Assembly (NCBI GenBank): GCA_948976265.1
Contig: CARFUA010000007.1
Location: 3,366 to 67,365 of the forward strand
Direction of reading: 5' to 3'
Length of the DNA stretch: 64,000 nt
Source of the DNA: an uncultured Clostridia bacterium
Lineage (GTDB): Bacteria > Bacillota > Clostridia > TANB77 > CAG-508
Shown piece by piece: positions 29,579 through 40,175 of the stretch. Below the pieces are notes generated by a model, which was not told the origin of the DNA, made no database searches, and saw nothing but the letters and a program-made list of their open reading frames with translations. The stretch's first letter is position 1, and the number at the start of each line of letters is the position of its first letter. A program made the position numbers and the translations under genes.

Positions 29579-30928
29579 TTACTTTTCTATTAATAAATCA
29601 TCCATGATTTTCAAAAATTCTTCATTGTTTTCTGTTTCTGCCATTTGATCTAATAGACGTTCTGTCATATCTGCAGTAGATAAATTGCTCATTTTTTTGC
29701 GAATCAAATCAATGGAAGCTCTTTCTCGTTCTGTAAGCAATAAATCTTCTCTTCTTGTTCCAGATTTATTGATGTCAATAGCAGGAAAAATTCTTTTTTC
29801 AGATAAATTTCTATCCAGTGTTACTTCCATATTTCCTGTACCTTTGAATTCTTCAAAAATTACTTCGTCCATTCTACTTCCAGTATCTACTAAGGCACTT
29901 GCTAAAACGGTTAAACTTCCTGCATCTTCTGTATTTCTTGCAGCACCAAAAAAGCGCTTTGGTTTATGTAATGCACTTGGATCAAAACCACCAGATAATG
30001 TTTTTCCAGAAGACGGAATAACTAAATTATAAGCACGAGCGAGTCTGGTGATACTATCTAATAACACTACAACATCTTTATTTTGTTCGGTTAGTCTTTT
30101 AGCGCGTTCAATTACCATTTCAGCTACTTTTACGTGATGTTCTGGTTGCTCATCAAAAGTTGAGTAAATAACTTCTCCTTTAATGGAACGCTTCATATCG
30201 GTTACTTCTTCTGGTCTTTCATCAATTAATAATACAATTAATTCAACTTCTGGATTGTTGGCAGTTATGCTATTAGCAATCTTTTTTAGAATGGTTGTCT
30301 TTCCAGCTTTAGGCGGAGCTACAATCATCCCTCTTTGCCCTTTTCCAATGGGAGAAAGTAAATCCATTAAACGCATCGTATATTCTTTTGGATTGGATTC
30401 TAAGCGTAATTTTTCATTTGGATAAATTGGAATTAAATCATCAAACCTTTTTCGTTTCATTGCTTTATCTGGCGTTTCACCATTGACTTCGCCAACATAA
30501 ATTAAGGCTGGAAATTTTTCTCCTTCTTTTGGAATTCGTTTAATTCCTTTTATGCGATCACCTGTGTCTAATTTGAATCTTCTAATTTGAATTGGTGAAA
30601 TATAAACGTCTTTTTGGCTTGGCAAATAATTGTCTCCTCGTAAAAAACCATAGCCGTCTGGTAATAATTCAAGAACACCTTCTGTTATTTCATCTCCTTC
30701 TGTGGATACAGAATAAGTATTATCTTCTTCCGTTACACTTGATTCTTTTGCATCCGTTTCTTGTGGCTCTGAAATAGTTGCGTCTAAATCACTTTCAGAT
30801 TGCTTTTTTGAAGAAATTTCTAAAATTTTTTCAATTAATTCATTCTTTTTTAGTTTGGATATATTGGATATTCCTTTCATTTTTGCCAAATCTTTTAAAT
30901 CTGCCAATGATAAAGAGTCTAATTCCAT
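29579..30928 (-). CDS. rho: transcription termination factor Rho
   Basis: Rho N-terminal helix bundle ([13 protein letters not shown]), acidic insert, CSD-like RNA-binding domain, Walker [10 protein letters not shown] and RecA-type core. Confidence 0.95.
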   Translation of the reverse strand: MELDSLSLADLKDLAKMKGISNISKLKKNELIEKILEISSKKQSESDLDATISEPQETDAKESSVTEEDNTYSVSTEGDEITEGVLELLPDGYGFLRGDNYLPSQKDVYISPIQIRRFKLDTGDRIKGIKRIPKEGEKFPALIYVGEVNGETPDKAMKRKRFDDLIPIYPNEKLRLESNPKEYTMRLMDLLSPIGKGQRGMIVAPPKAGKTTILKKIANSITANNPEVELIVLLIDERPEEVTDMKRSIKGEVIYSTFDEQPEHHVKVAEMVIERAKRLTEQNKDVVVLLDSITRLARAYNLVIPSSGKTLSGGFDPSALHKPKRFFGAARNTEDAGSLTVLASALVDTGSRMDEVIFEEFKGTGNMEVTLDRNLSEKRIFPAIDINKSGTRREDLLLTERERASIDLIRKKMSNLSTADMTERLLDQMAETENNEEFLKIMDDLLIEK

Positions 30929-31019
30929 AGAAAATTTTCCCCCCTTAATTTTTCTATTTACCTATTAAATTTTTAAAATGTGATTTACTTTGTTTGGAAA
31001 CAAACAGAAAAAACATAAA

Positions 31020-31286
31020 TTAATAACCTTTATATGGAGTTTCATTAGGATAATACATTTTCAAGTCTTTTCTTGCCATATTTTCGTTGTCTTTTCTTGA
31101 TTTTGTTGAATAGGATAAATCGTTTTCTTGATTTTCTAAAGCAATAATTTTTTCATTAAAGCTAGCAATTTCTTGATTATATGCTCGTAAGGTCAACAAT
31201 TGGTTTTTAATTTTTATTATCGAAACAATTAAAAAAATTAATATAATTAATTTATATAAATTACGTGTTTTAAATAAATTCGCCAT
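31020..31286 (-). CDS. divIC: septum formation initiator family protein (DivIC/FtsB-like)
   Basis: 88 aa with one TM plus a coiled coil. Sits downstream of yabP-yabQ as in Bacillus. Confidence 0.6.
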   Translation of the reverse strand: MANLFKTRNLYKLIILIFLIVSIIKIKNQLLTLRAYNQEIASFNEKIIALENQENDLSYSTKSRKDNENMARKDLKMYYPNETPYKGY

Positions 31287-31333
31287 TAATCAATCTCCAA
31301 ATAATCAGTTTACTTAACTATTCTACAAAAATG

Positions 31334-31702
31334 TCAAAAATCCTTCTTTTTTTGCAGAATATTTTTAAAGAAAAATGGAAAAATGAGTATTTTTTTGAAA
31401 AATTTCATCAGCATTTGGAAAATTATGAAACATACTTTGCTAATTGTCAAAAAATAAAATGTTATCCCAAACAGCATTGCCAAGATAATAAAAAAGCGTA
31501 TTTGCCCATGATTTATTAAAATGAGACTGTTTACAATTAATATTCCAACTAATAACATAAAAATAATGTCTTCAATACAAGTAACAAAATCGCTGGTTTT
31601 GAAAGTTTTTCTGAGTGCTCTAAATAAGTCAAAAAATATGCCAATTGATAGACCTAAAATTAAAAACAAAATAAAAATCTGCCCTTGTGAAAAAGTGTAC
31701 AT
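31334..31702 (-). CDS. yabQ: spore cortex biosynthesis protein YabQ
   Basis: Multi-TM 122-aa protein directly after yabP. FDLFRALRK motif. Confidence 0.65.
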   Translation of the reverse strand: MYTFSQGQIFILFLILGLSIGIFFDLFRALRKTFKTSDFVTCIEDIIFMLLVGILIVNSLILINHGQIRFFIILAMLFGITFYFLTISKVCFIIFQMLMKFFKKILIFPFFFKNILQKKKDF

Positions 31703-31714
31703 TTTTTATCACCT

Positions 31715-32014
31715 TTATTTGAAAATTTTTCCGATAAAACCTGAAGTATTTTTTTTGAGTGAATCTGAATTTGAGTAAGAAAGACTGGAAATTAGCCCAT
31801 CTAAAGTTACTTCTGAAGTATCGATATTTAACTTATTAATTTTTAAATTTTCACCTTTAATCGTTAATAATCCCAATTCTGTTTCTACAATAATAATTTG
31901 GTCATCAAAACTTAGCACATCCAACACACCAGATACATTTAGTTTTTCGCGATTTTCCAGAATAATATTTTGAATTACATTCGTTATGCTTTTCGTTTCC
32001 TCTATCATAGCCAT
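31715..32014 (-). CDS. yabP: sporulation protein YabP
   Basis: ..ILENREKLNVSGVLDVLSFDDQIIIVETELGLLTIKGENL.. is typical YabP. Confidence 0.8.
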   Translation of the reverse strand: MAMIEETKSITNVIQNIILENREKLNVSGVLDVLSFDDQIIIVETELGLLTIKGENLKINKLNIDTSEVTLDGLISSLSYSNSDSLKKNTSGFIGKIFK

Positions 32015-32156
32015 ACATTGTGCCTCCTAAAATTAAACTTCTATCAATATATATGCACTTTTTCAATACTTTAGAACTAAAACAAGCTATTTTGGGGTAA
32101 AAATCAAAAGTATATGATTACTTTTTTTCAAAAATAATACATATACTCTTCTGTTT

Positions 32157-32588
32157 TTATCCATTATTTATAGTTTGTATTGTAAGTGTTCGACTGTTTT
32201 CGTTTTTAAAATCTCTAGAAAAAGAAATTTGCGTATATTTTAGAGGCAAGCTATCTTCAATTCTTTCGCCCCACTCAATAATACTGACTCCTTTTTCAAA
32301 ATATTCTTCTCCGCCCATTGCCCAAAATTCGTCGCTTCCTTCTAAACGGTAGACATCAAAATGGTAAATCGGGAATTTTTCGGTTTGATATTCATTAACA
32401 ATGGTAAACGTTGGACTGGATATTTCATTTTGTAAACCAAAAAAACTCAAAATTCCTTCGGTTAATTTGGTTTTTCCAGAACCCAAATCGCCTGTCAAAA
32501 CAAGAATATCTCCTATTCTCAAATTCTGCGCTATTTTCTTCCCGAATTCGATGGTTTCTTTTTCTGAATTTAATGTAATTTTTTGCAT
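32157..32588 (-). CDS. tsaE: tRNA t6A37 biosynthesis ATPase TsaE
   Basis: GDLGSGKT P-loop and ..SPTF..Y..HFDVYRL.. motifs. RBS AAAGGTGA before the ATG at 32588. Confidence 0.85.
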   Translation of the reverse strand: MQKITLNSEKETIEFGKKIAQNLRIGDILVLTGDLGSGKTKLTEGILSFFGLQNEISSPTFTIVNEYQTEKFPIYHFDVYRLEGSDEFWAMGGEEYFEKGVSIIEWGERIEDSLPLKYTQISFSRDFKNENSRTLTIQTINNG

Positions 32589-32628
32589 ATTATTCACCTT
32601 TAATTTTATTTTTTAAGTTGTAGTTTAG

Positions 32629-33036
32629 TTATTTTTTATCAGTAATCATACTTAATAGACTTTTAATGTTTTCTGTATATTCAAATAGCACTCTAGATTG
32701 CTTATGAGGATGATAACCATACCCTTTATCGCCTTCACGTATTCCATTATCTAATTTTTCTTTCAAAGTCAAATAAGGATAAGACATATTAGGATTGTTC
32801 TTATAATTCCAAATAATAATTATATTATATCTTAAAAACAATTTAATAACATAGGTACATTTTTTGTTCTTTATAGCCGTTGGCTCAGGACCCTTCAATA
32901 CTTTTCTAGGTCCACTACCTTTTCCATTTCCTTGTTTAGCTATTTCAAATAAATCTATACTTAAATGATTCTCTTTACAAAAATCATTTAGTATTTTCTC
33001 TAATTGACTATTATCAATAATTTTCTCGTTTCCCAT
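32629..33036 (-). CDS. hypothetical protein (135 aa)
   Basis: ORF only. No family recognised. Confidence 0.4.
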   Translation of the reverse strand: MGNEKIIDNSQLEKILNDFCKENHLSIDLFEIAKQGNGKGSGPRKVLKGPEPTAIKNKKCTYVIKLFLRYNIIIIWNYKNNPNMSYPYLTLKEKLDNGIREGDKGYGYHPHKQSRVLFEYTENIKSLLSMITDKK

Positions 33037-33165
33037 TTATTTTCTCCTCCTAAATTATTTTTCTCTACAATGACATTCTGGATTTTCACAAGTATTTTTA
33101 TTCCTCCATTCATTTATCATTAAAAAGTTACATCAATTTACCTGCTATGATTCCACTAAATTATT

Positions 33166-33579
33166 TTAAAATAATTTATCTGATAATTCCTCTATTGATG
33201 TACCTATTTTTCTTTCTCCATTTTGTATATAAATATAACCAATATCTCGTTTAGGTGTTTTACATTTATCCATATTTATAGATTTTCTTATTTTTTCAAA
33301 ATCAGATTTATCTTTTAGTTTTCCTTTCTTAATATATTTTTCCTTACTAGCCCCTGTGCTTGTTATAAAACATTTTGATTTAATATAAGTATAGGTATTA
33401 TTTTTATTAGGATAAATATAATAAGCATATTCAATTTCTTCATCAATTCCCACCAGTTCATTGTGATAAATCTTAGCTACATAATCAATATTTGACTTAC
33501 CAACTAGTCTGATTTTTATTAATGCAACTATACTAATACAAATTAATATAATAATTCCTATATTATATTTCTTTTTCAT
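33166..33579 (-). CDS. hypothetical membrane-anchored protein (137 aa)
   Basis: N-terminal TM/signal anchor. No family recognised. Confidence 0.4.
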   Translation of the reverse strand: MKKKYNIGIIILICISIVALIKIRLVGKSNIDYVAKIYHNELVGIDEEIEYAYYIYPNKNNTYTYIKSKCFITSTGASKEKYIKKGKLKDKSDFEKIRKSINMDKCKTPKRDIGYIYIQNGERKIGTSIEELSDKLF

Positions 33580-33742
33580 TTTTAAAACTCCTACAACTTT
33601 CTACTTGTCAATCCCATTATAACATTATTATAAAAAAATGTATAGGAAAAACTCAAAAAAATAATAAACTAAAAATATCCTCTTCCCCAAAAATGCTTTC
33701 AAAGCAAAGAGAGTTCCCATTACAGAAACTCTCTTTTGGCAA

Positions 33743-34966
33743 TTACTCGTTCTCTGGTTCAATTAATTTTATGCATCTTTCACGCTCTTTTACGGCTAAT
33801 TGATACGCCTCTTCAGTCCAGGTTTCCTCACCAGCTTCATAACTTCTGATAATTTCATTCAAATCCCACAATTCATACCGATGCTCTGCGCCAGGCTCTT
33901 TTATGCTAACGTAAATCGGAACATAAGTAACACCTTCAATGCTTACCTTTTCTGTTTCACCACTTTTTTTCACTTCAATGTTAAAAATCGCGGTATTCCT
34001 TGTATTTTCTTGCCTTTGATTGGAAAAAAAATTTCCTTGCGAAAATATCACAAAACCTTCTTTTCCACTTTCTGTTTTGATTCTTTCCATTGGTTGCAAA
34101 ACATGCGGATGTGAACCAAGAATTAGTTGCACACCATGCTCAATTAAAAATTTCGCTAATTGATATTGTTTCTCATTTGGAGTCGTTTCATATTCATTTC
34201 CCCAATGCATGGAAGCCACAATTAATTCCGCTCCTCGTGCTTTTGCTTGTTCAATCTGATGCAACATAAATTCTTCATTTATCAAATTGACACAAAATTC
34301 TTTGCCTTCTGGTGCTGGAATTCCGTTTGTTCCATATGTATAGGATAAAAAAGCTGTGTTTATACCATTTAAGTTCCGAAACAAAATAGCACTTTGTTCT
34401 TCTGCTGTTCTTGCACTTCCAACATGTGCAATTCCTGCTTTGTCCAAAAATTGCAAAGTCGATGTTAAACCGTTGAATCCTTGGTCTAACGTGTGATTGT
34501 TGGCTGTTGTCATGATGTCTACACCAAGTTCTGCTAAGTCAATTGCTAAATGTTCTGGTGTGTTAAAACTCGGAAAACCGCTATATCCCCTTTCTTTTCC
34601 TGCCATTGGCGTTTCACAATTTCCAATATTGATGGTAGAATTTTGGAAATATTTCGTTACATATTGAAACATGTAGGAAAAATCGTAATCGTCAATTTCG
34701 CTATTGTAGGCTGCATTAAATACAGGAATATGGCATAATGCATCGCCGAAAGAAAGTATAGTCGCAAAGGAATCTTCTTTTGCCGGAGTCGGCTTTCTTT
34801 CTAATTCAATTTTAGTTTCCTGCATAGAAATTTCTATGCATTTGGCTTTGTTTGTTACTTCTGGTTCTCTACTTTTCTTTAACCGATTATTGTGAGAACA
34901 GGCGGCTAATTGTAATAATGTAATTAAGGTCAATAAAGTTACTAAGCTTTTGGATGCTTTTTTCAT
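33743..34966 (-). CDS. CapA/PgsA-family metallophosphatase-like lipoprotein
   Basis: Lipobox LQLAAC, ..SFGDALCH.., ..NNHTLDQG.., ..MHWGNEY.., ..GSHPHVLQP.. motifs. Contains two ordinary in-frame CGG codons. Confidence 0.75.
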   Translation of the reverse strand: MKKASKSLVTLLTLITLLQLAACSHNNRLKKSREPEVTNKAKCIEISMQETKIELERKPTPAKEDSFATILSFGDALCHIPVFNAAYNSEIDDYDFSYMFQYVTKYFQNSTINIGNCETPMAGKERGYSGFPSFNTPEHLAIDLAELGVDIMTTANNHTLDQGFNGLTSTLQFLDKAGIAHVGSARTAEEQSAILFRNLNGINTAFLSYTYGTNGIPAPEGKEFCVNLINEEFMLHQIEQAKARGAELIVASMHWGNEYETTPNEKQYQLAKFLIEHGVQLILGSHPHVLQPMERIKTESGKEGFVIFSQGNFFSNQRQENTRNTAIFNIEVKKSGETEKVSIEGVTYVPIYVSIKEPGAEHRYELWDLNEIIRSYEAGEETWTEEAYQLAVKERERCIKLIEPENE

Positions 34967-35047
34967 ATCTGGTCCTCCCTAAAATAAATTATTATTTTTT
35001 ACGATTGATAAGTTATTCCTCGACATTAGTTTAACATAAAATTCCTT

Positions 35048-35458
35048 TCATGTCAACTTTAGCATTTCTTGATAAATCCTTTTTATATTCTTTTCGTCTT
35101 TATATTTATTCTCCATTGGACACATTCCTGTTTTGGCATTATTGATAATATACTCGGTTAAATTTTTGTATTCATATGAAACACCATTTTCTTCTAAAAT
35201 AGAAATGGCATACTGGCTCATAACGTGTGCATAAATTGATTTGACACCTGCTACTGTCAAAATGGATGCCGCTACTTTTCCGATGACTTTATCTGCAATT
35301 ATGGCATCTTTTAAAGCTTCAGGATTTTCTTTTAAAATTTCCTGTATATCTTTAATTCGATTTTGATAATATTCTTTTACTTCTCCATTGTTATATAAAA
35401 CAACCAAGCTGGCTTTTGTTTCGTATAATTTTCCTTTTATCATTTCTAAATTAGTCAT
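35048..35458 (-). CDS. DUF1893-like protein
   Basis: 136 aa with ..DKVIGKVAA..L..GVK..YA..MS..A..L and C-terminal GMCPME. Translationally coupled to the upstream membrane protein. Confidence 0.45.
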   Translation of the reverse strand: MTNLEMIKGKLYETKASLVVLYNNGEVKEYYQNRIKDIQEILKENPEALKDAIIADKVIGKVAASILTVAGVKSIYAHVMSQYAISILEENGVSYEYKNLTEYIINNAKTGMCPMENKYKDEKNIKRIYQEMLKLT

Positions 35459-36005
35459 TTTTTAAGTTTAATCCTTTATTCATAATTTTAGCAATCACTG
35501 GGACAAATGCAATTTGCAATAAGATTCCAGGAATTCCCATTTTTACACTTTCTATGACAGAAATTCCATAACTTGAAAATCCTAACATACTAATTGACAC
35601 AAACAATACTCCAGCGTATAAAATTCTGCCAAAAATCATGGCTCCCACTAAAGATACCGCTGCATTAAATTTTTTACGAAATAATCCTAGCAAAATAGCA
35701 TAAATTCCAAGTTCTATTATCATATAGGGCAATCTTGCGATTGCTGGCATTCCTGTTAATAAATAACTGCCTATTACCGAAACTACACCAACAATACTTC
35801 CACTTAAAGCACCAAATACAAGTGATGCAATTAAAACAGCAATATGCATTGGCAAAAAGATAGCACCTGCTGAACTCCCTGCCAAAATATGAAAGATTCT
35901 TGGTAAGGCAATTCCAATTCCACTTAGTAAAATGGTTCCTGTAATATGGATTGCCTTTCTACTTAAAAATATCTTTGATTTTTGGATTGTTTTTACTTTT
36001 TCCAT
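35451..36005 (-). CDS. ECF-transporter S-component-like membrane protein
   Basis: 184 aa, about 5-6 TM helices, FLPMHI motif. Confidence 0.45.
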   Translation of the reverse strand: MEKVKTIQKSKIFLSRKAIHITGTILLSGIGIALPRIFHILAGSSAGAIFLPMHIAVLIASLVFGALSGSIVGVVSVIGSYLLTGMPAIARLPYMIIELGIYAILLGLFRKKFNAAVSLVGAMIFGRILYAGVLFVSISMLGFSSYGISVIESVKMGIPGILLQIAFVPVIAKIMNKGLNLKND

Positions 36006-36020
36006 TTTTTAAATTCCTCC

Positions 36021-37155
36021 TTATTTTAATAAGTCTACAAAATTAAACATCGCTTCTGCAATTTTTAATTGTTGTGGACAAACGGCTTCACAAGATTTGC
36101 ACCCAATGCATGCACTTGGCTTTTTGTCATCTGGTAAAGCACTAATTGCCATTGGTGCGATAAAGCCTCCGCCGTGTAAACACGTGTTCATTGTATAAGG
36201 CTAATATTTTGGGAATATCGATTCCTTTTGGGCAATGGGCTGTGCAATAGCGACAAGAAGTGCAAGGCAGCGTATTTCCTTTTGTCATTTCTCGTGCCAT
36301 TTCTAGTAAAGTTTTGAGTTCGGTTTCGTTTAATGGTTGTTCGGTTTCGAATGTTTCGATATTTTGTTGTAATTGCTCCATGTTAGACATCCCAGAAAGA
36401 ATCATCGTGACACCTGGCATGGATTGTAAAAAACGAAATGCCCAACCAGGAATGGTTTCCTCTCCCCTAAGCGATTTTAATTTTGTTTCATTTTCTTCCG
36501 AAAGTTTTGCTAATTTACCACCTCTTAATGGCTCCATAACCCAAATTGGAATATGTAATTGATTTAATAATTCAATTTTAGCTTTGGCATCTTGAAATTC
36601 ATAATCTAAATAATTTAATTGCACTTGGCAAAATTCCATATATTTTCCATAAGCGTCTAAGAATTTTTTCATGACTTCAAAACTTCCATGAACCGAAAAG
36701 CCAAGATGTTTGATTCTTCCGTTTTCTTTTTGTTTTAATAAATACTCTAAAATTCCGTATTTGGGGTTCAAATATGGGTCTACATTTTTTTCGTAAACAT
36801 TGTGAAATAAATAAAAATCGAAATAATCGACTTGACATTTTTCCAATTGCTTTTCAAAAATTTCTTCGACTTTATCCATATTAGACAAGTCATATCCCGG
36901 AAATTTGGTAGCTAAGTAAAAACTGTCTCTAGGATATTTTTTGAGCACTTTCCCCATGACTAATTCGGATTCACCATTATGGTATCCCCAAGCAGTATCA
37001 AAATAATTGATGCCTTTTTGGATGGCGTATTCTACCATTTGCGATGTTTGTTCTTCATCAATGGGAGTATCACCATTGGTTCCTTGGTTGGGTAAACGCA
37101 TGGTTCCCAATCCTAAATTGGATAATTTTAAATTTTGAAATGGTTTATAAATCAT
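36021..37155 (-). pseudogene. aldo/keto reductase with C-terminal 4Fe-4S domain, +1 break at tandem CGG-CGG
   Basis: The 337-aa ORF ends ..HVFTRRRLYRTNGN*. Skipping C at 36174 gives ..HVFTGGGFIAPMAISALPDDKKPSACIGCKSCEAVCPQQLKIAEAMFNFVDLLK*, which restores the second CxxCxxC-CP cluster. Confidence 0.8.
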
Positions 37156-37366
37156 CGTTTTTCCTCCTTATTGTGATTATCTAGACTTAACGATTAATAC
37201 AAATATTAATCAATTTACTAAATTATATCATAATTTTTATAGAAAGCAATCGCGAAATTAAAAATTCAGATTTTTCTTTAATAAGTCCTAATTTTTATAG
37301 CTGTTACTGTAGTAGTAAAAAAATTAATTTTTTATATTACTTTTTTAAATTCTTTTCCAAAAATAA

Positions 37367-37395
37367 TTGACAAATCGTATTATCTCAACTATAAT
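37367..37395 (+). promoter_or_regulatory. promoter of tRNA-Thr
   Basis: TTGACA, 17-nt spacer, TATAAT. Confidence 0.65.
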
Positions 37396-37415
37396 AATGA
37401 AAGGGAAATAATTAT

Positions 37416-37491
37416 GCCAATATAGCTCAGTTGGTAGAGCAACAGATTCGTAACCTGTAGGTCGGCGGTTCGATTCCGCCTATTGGCTCCA
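37416..37491 (+). tRNA. tRNA-Thr(CGU)
   Basis: GCCAATA..GCTCAGTTGGTAGAGC..ACAGA-TTCGTAA-CCTGT..GGCGGTTCGATTCCGCC..TATTGGCTCCA. Terminator hairpin at about 37515-37545. Confidence 0.9.
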
Positions 37492-37718
37492 TTTAAATAA
37501 AATGCAAAAACTTAAAAAATCAACTGCATGAATTGATTTTTTTATTTTATAGAAATTTTCCACTGTACAAATAAACTCCTCATACAAAATAGTTGTGCAA
37601 ACGTTACAATGCTTTGCTTTTTAATATTTATAATATATTGTGAGTCAAGTTTATAACTAAAGTTGAAAAGAGAATTAAGCCAAGTAGCTTAATTCTCTTT
37701 TTACAATCCAGACTTTGA

Positions 37719-38042
37719 TTATTGATATTCTTTCACTAGAACATCAAATTCCTCCTGCGTTTTCATTGCTATTATTCTGTCCTGAGAAACTGCTTTTTCA
37801 TGAAAAGTGTTAACAGCATCTAAGAACTTATCAATATCGCTTTCACAGGCTTTATATAGGAATTCTATCCGTCGACCATATAGACCAAGCTGGTCAATCA
37901 TTCCCATATAAATGTTTTCCATAGGGTTTGAATAGACAAGGGCTTTATTTAATATTCCCTGCGCTATTGGATTTTTTTTACCTGCGAGCTTAATAGCTTT
38001 ATCCATAGCCGTCTCCGTTCCATTTAGTCTAGTCTTTAACAT
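37719..38042 (-). CDS. hypothetical protein (107 aa)
   Basis: RBS AGGAGGA before the ATG at 38042. Extended -10 (TGGTATAAT) upstream. Bidirectional terminator at 37667-37702. Confidence 0.5.
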   Translation of the reverse strand: MLKTRLNGTETAMDKAIKLAGKKNPIAQGILNKALVYSNPMENIYMGMIDQLGLYGRRIEFLYKACESDIDKFLDAVNTFHEKAVSQDRIIAMKTQEEFDVLVKEYQ

Positions 38043-38217
38043 ATAATATCCTCCTAAATTTTTATAAAACATTATAGCATCCTCGTGTTGAGAGGAAATT
38101 TAATTGAAACTATATTTATTATACCATATTTTTAGCAAAAAGTAAAGTTATGTAATCTATATTTTAATTAAAGATTTTTGCCTGAAAAATTTAATTTCTT
38201 TGCAAAGCCTATAATTC

Positions 38218-40156
38218 CTAAATTATGCCACTTGTCTTCACATAATCAATAATTCGCTTAATCTCACTTGCTAACGTATCTTGATAAGTTGGTTCTTGAA
38301 CATCATTTGATTTATCATATCCATAACGATTTAAAAAGCGATATGTATCAATTTCAATCAAATCCGCTTTGCTCACTTTTTTGGGATTAACGGGAAGATT
38401 TTTTCCTGTTTTTCGCTCAATAATACTAATTACTTTATGATCATTAATGACAAAATTTTTCTTTAAAACTTCCTTTATTTTTCGTAATTGCTCTACATCT
38501 TCGGTGATTAATTCATCATCCCTATTCTCTTCCATAAACATTTCAACTTCAGCAATCAATTCATGGATACTATAATTATAAGACAATGGCATTTTGGACT
38601 TAAAAGTTTTTCGAATGGCAGTTTGACGAATTTGAATTTGGTCCAACATAGTTTGGTCCAATTTGTTTCTTCCAGTAAATCTGCCAACAAATTTCTTGAA
38701 AGGACTTTTATCTTCTATAATTTCAATATCATCTCTTAATTTTTTCAACTCTGCTTCACATCGAATGTTTTTAATGGTTTCTGCAATTTCCTTTTTTAAT
38801 TCGTTTTCTTCAATAATACCAATTTCATCAAATCTTGTAATCTTTTTACTAACGCCTGCTTTGGCGTTATTCAAATAATTAAATAAAACACTCACCTGAA
38901 TATTCGTTTCCGAAATTTTATCTAATTCTTCCTGATTTTCTGCTGGCACAGTATCAATTTTATTTGAGATTGCCTGTAACAAGGCTTCTAATTCTTCAGC
39001 ATAATTTTTCATCTCAAAAGCATTGTTTAAAGCTTTATAATGGGCATCCATTGATTCTGCAATTCTTGCATGATTCTGCTGTTTGGCAATTAAGGATTTG
39101 ATATTGTTCAATAAAGTATCCATCACAGCAAGATTTTCTAAGGCTTCTGTTTTGACAGCAGCAACTGCAGGTTCTAAATCCATTGGCATTTCAGTAGAAT
39201 CCTCTACTTGTTTTTCTGGCTCTTCTGTTATATTTTTAGCATTGTAAATTTCATGAATTTCTCTTAATTCATTTTTCAAATATGTTACCATATCTTTTTT
39301 CCAATCAGAAATAAAATCTGCATTTTTTTTGCGTTTATTAAAAATTTTCGTTACCGATTCTTTTAAAGTTGTTAATTCTGCATTGATTCGCGCAATATCA
39401 TCCAAATCACTTTGTTTATCTTCTTCGGTTGTATCTTGTTCATAATTTTCTTGTTCCATTGTAAAATGATGATTCGCTAGCAATTGTTCCAATTTTCGAA
39501 TATTTTCATAATGAATAATATTCTCATTTTCCAATTCTACACAAGCTTTTAATTTTCGATTTACATAATCAACATTTTCTAAAATATGTTCATATAGACT
39601 TGTTTTTTCTTCCTCTGTTAAAATTTCTAATGTTTGCAAACCCAGTTTCATTTCACATTGCTTCAAATTATCTTCTTCCGAGAATTCTTCCATACTTTCA
39701 ATAAATGTAAAAGGCGCAATCCAGATTCCTTTTTCTTCTAAATCTAAATATGGAACATCTTTGTTTCGTTTTATGTGTAAAGTAACTGGCCCGATTCCAC
39801 GAATTTTCTGTTTCCTTGGTTTCTTCTAAAATCTCCTTTTTCATTAAAAGAAACGGATTTATATGACCATCTTTTTTCCATTTATCAATGCTTGCAAAAT
39901 TTACTTTTTGATAAAATGTGATTTCTTCTTCCTCTGCATAACTCCTAAAATTTTTCAGTATAATTGTGTAGATTTCTTTGATTCGATTGATATCTTCTAT
40001 TAGTGCTTCTTTTGAATATTCCACTGGCTGGTTTTGAAGCAAAGCCAAAATATCATTTTCTGCCTGTTCTTCAAACAATTGATTCATCCTAAAGTTTGTT
40101 TCATTTTGATAAACATTTAAGACATCTAATTCTTCTTTTGTTACTTCTAGTTTCAT
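38218..40156 (-). pseudogene. ~645-aa acidic coiled-coil protein, split by a +1 break at CGG (ORFs 39698-40156 and 38218-39693)
   Basis: The +1 frame is open from about 39810 and reads ..WN|GPVTLHIKRNKDVPYLDLEEKGIWIAPFTFIESMEEF.. straight into the 491-aa ORF. The tail of the 152-aa ORF (..RCSIFRFRRKRNLDCAFYIY) looks non-genic. Starts 19 nt after the Lon-like gene. Confidence 0.6.
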
Positions 40157-40175
40157 GAATCAAGAATCCTCCTTT

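Noticed and set aside
39698-40156. ADP-ribosyltransferase-like N-terminal domain in the Lon partner (VYQNETNFRMNQLF resembles the Y-x4-Y-x2-I-N-x2-L-R region of C3/VIP2-type ARTs).
   Set aside because: The catalytic Arg, the STS motif and the ExE motif cannot be identified (FYQKV, FASID, LEEKG). The similarity is too weak to call without profile searches.
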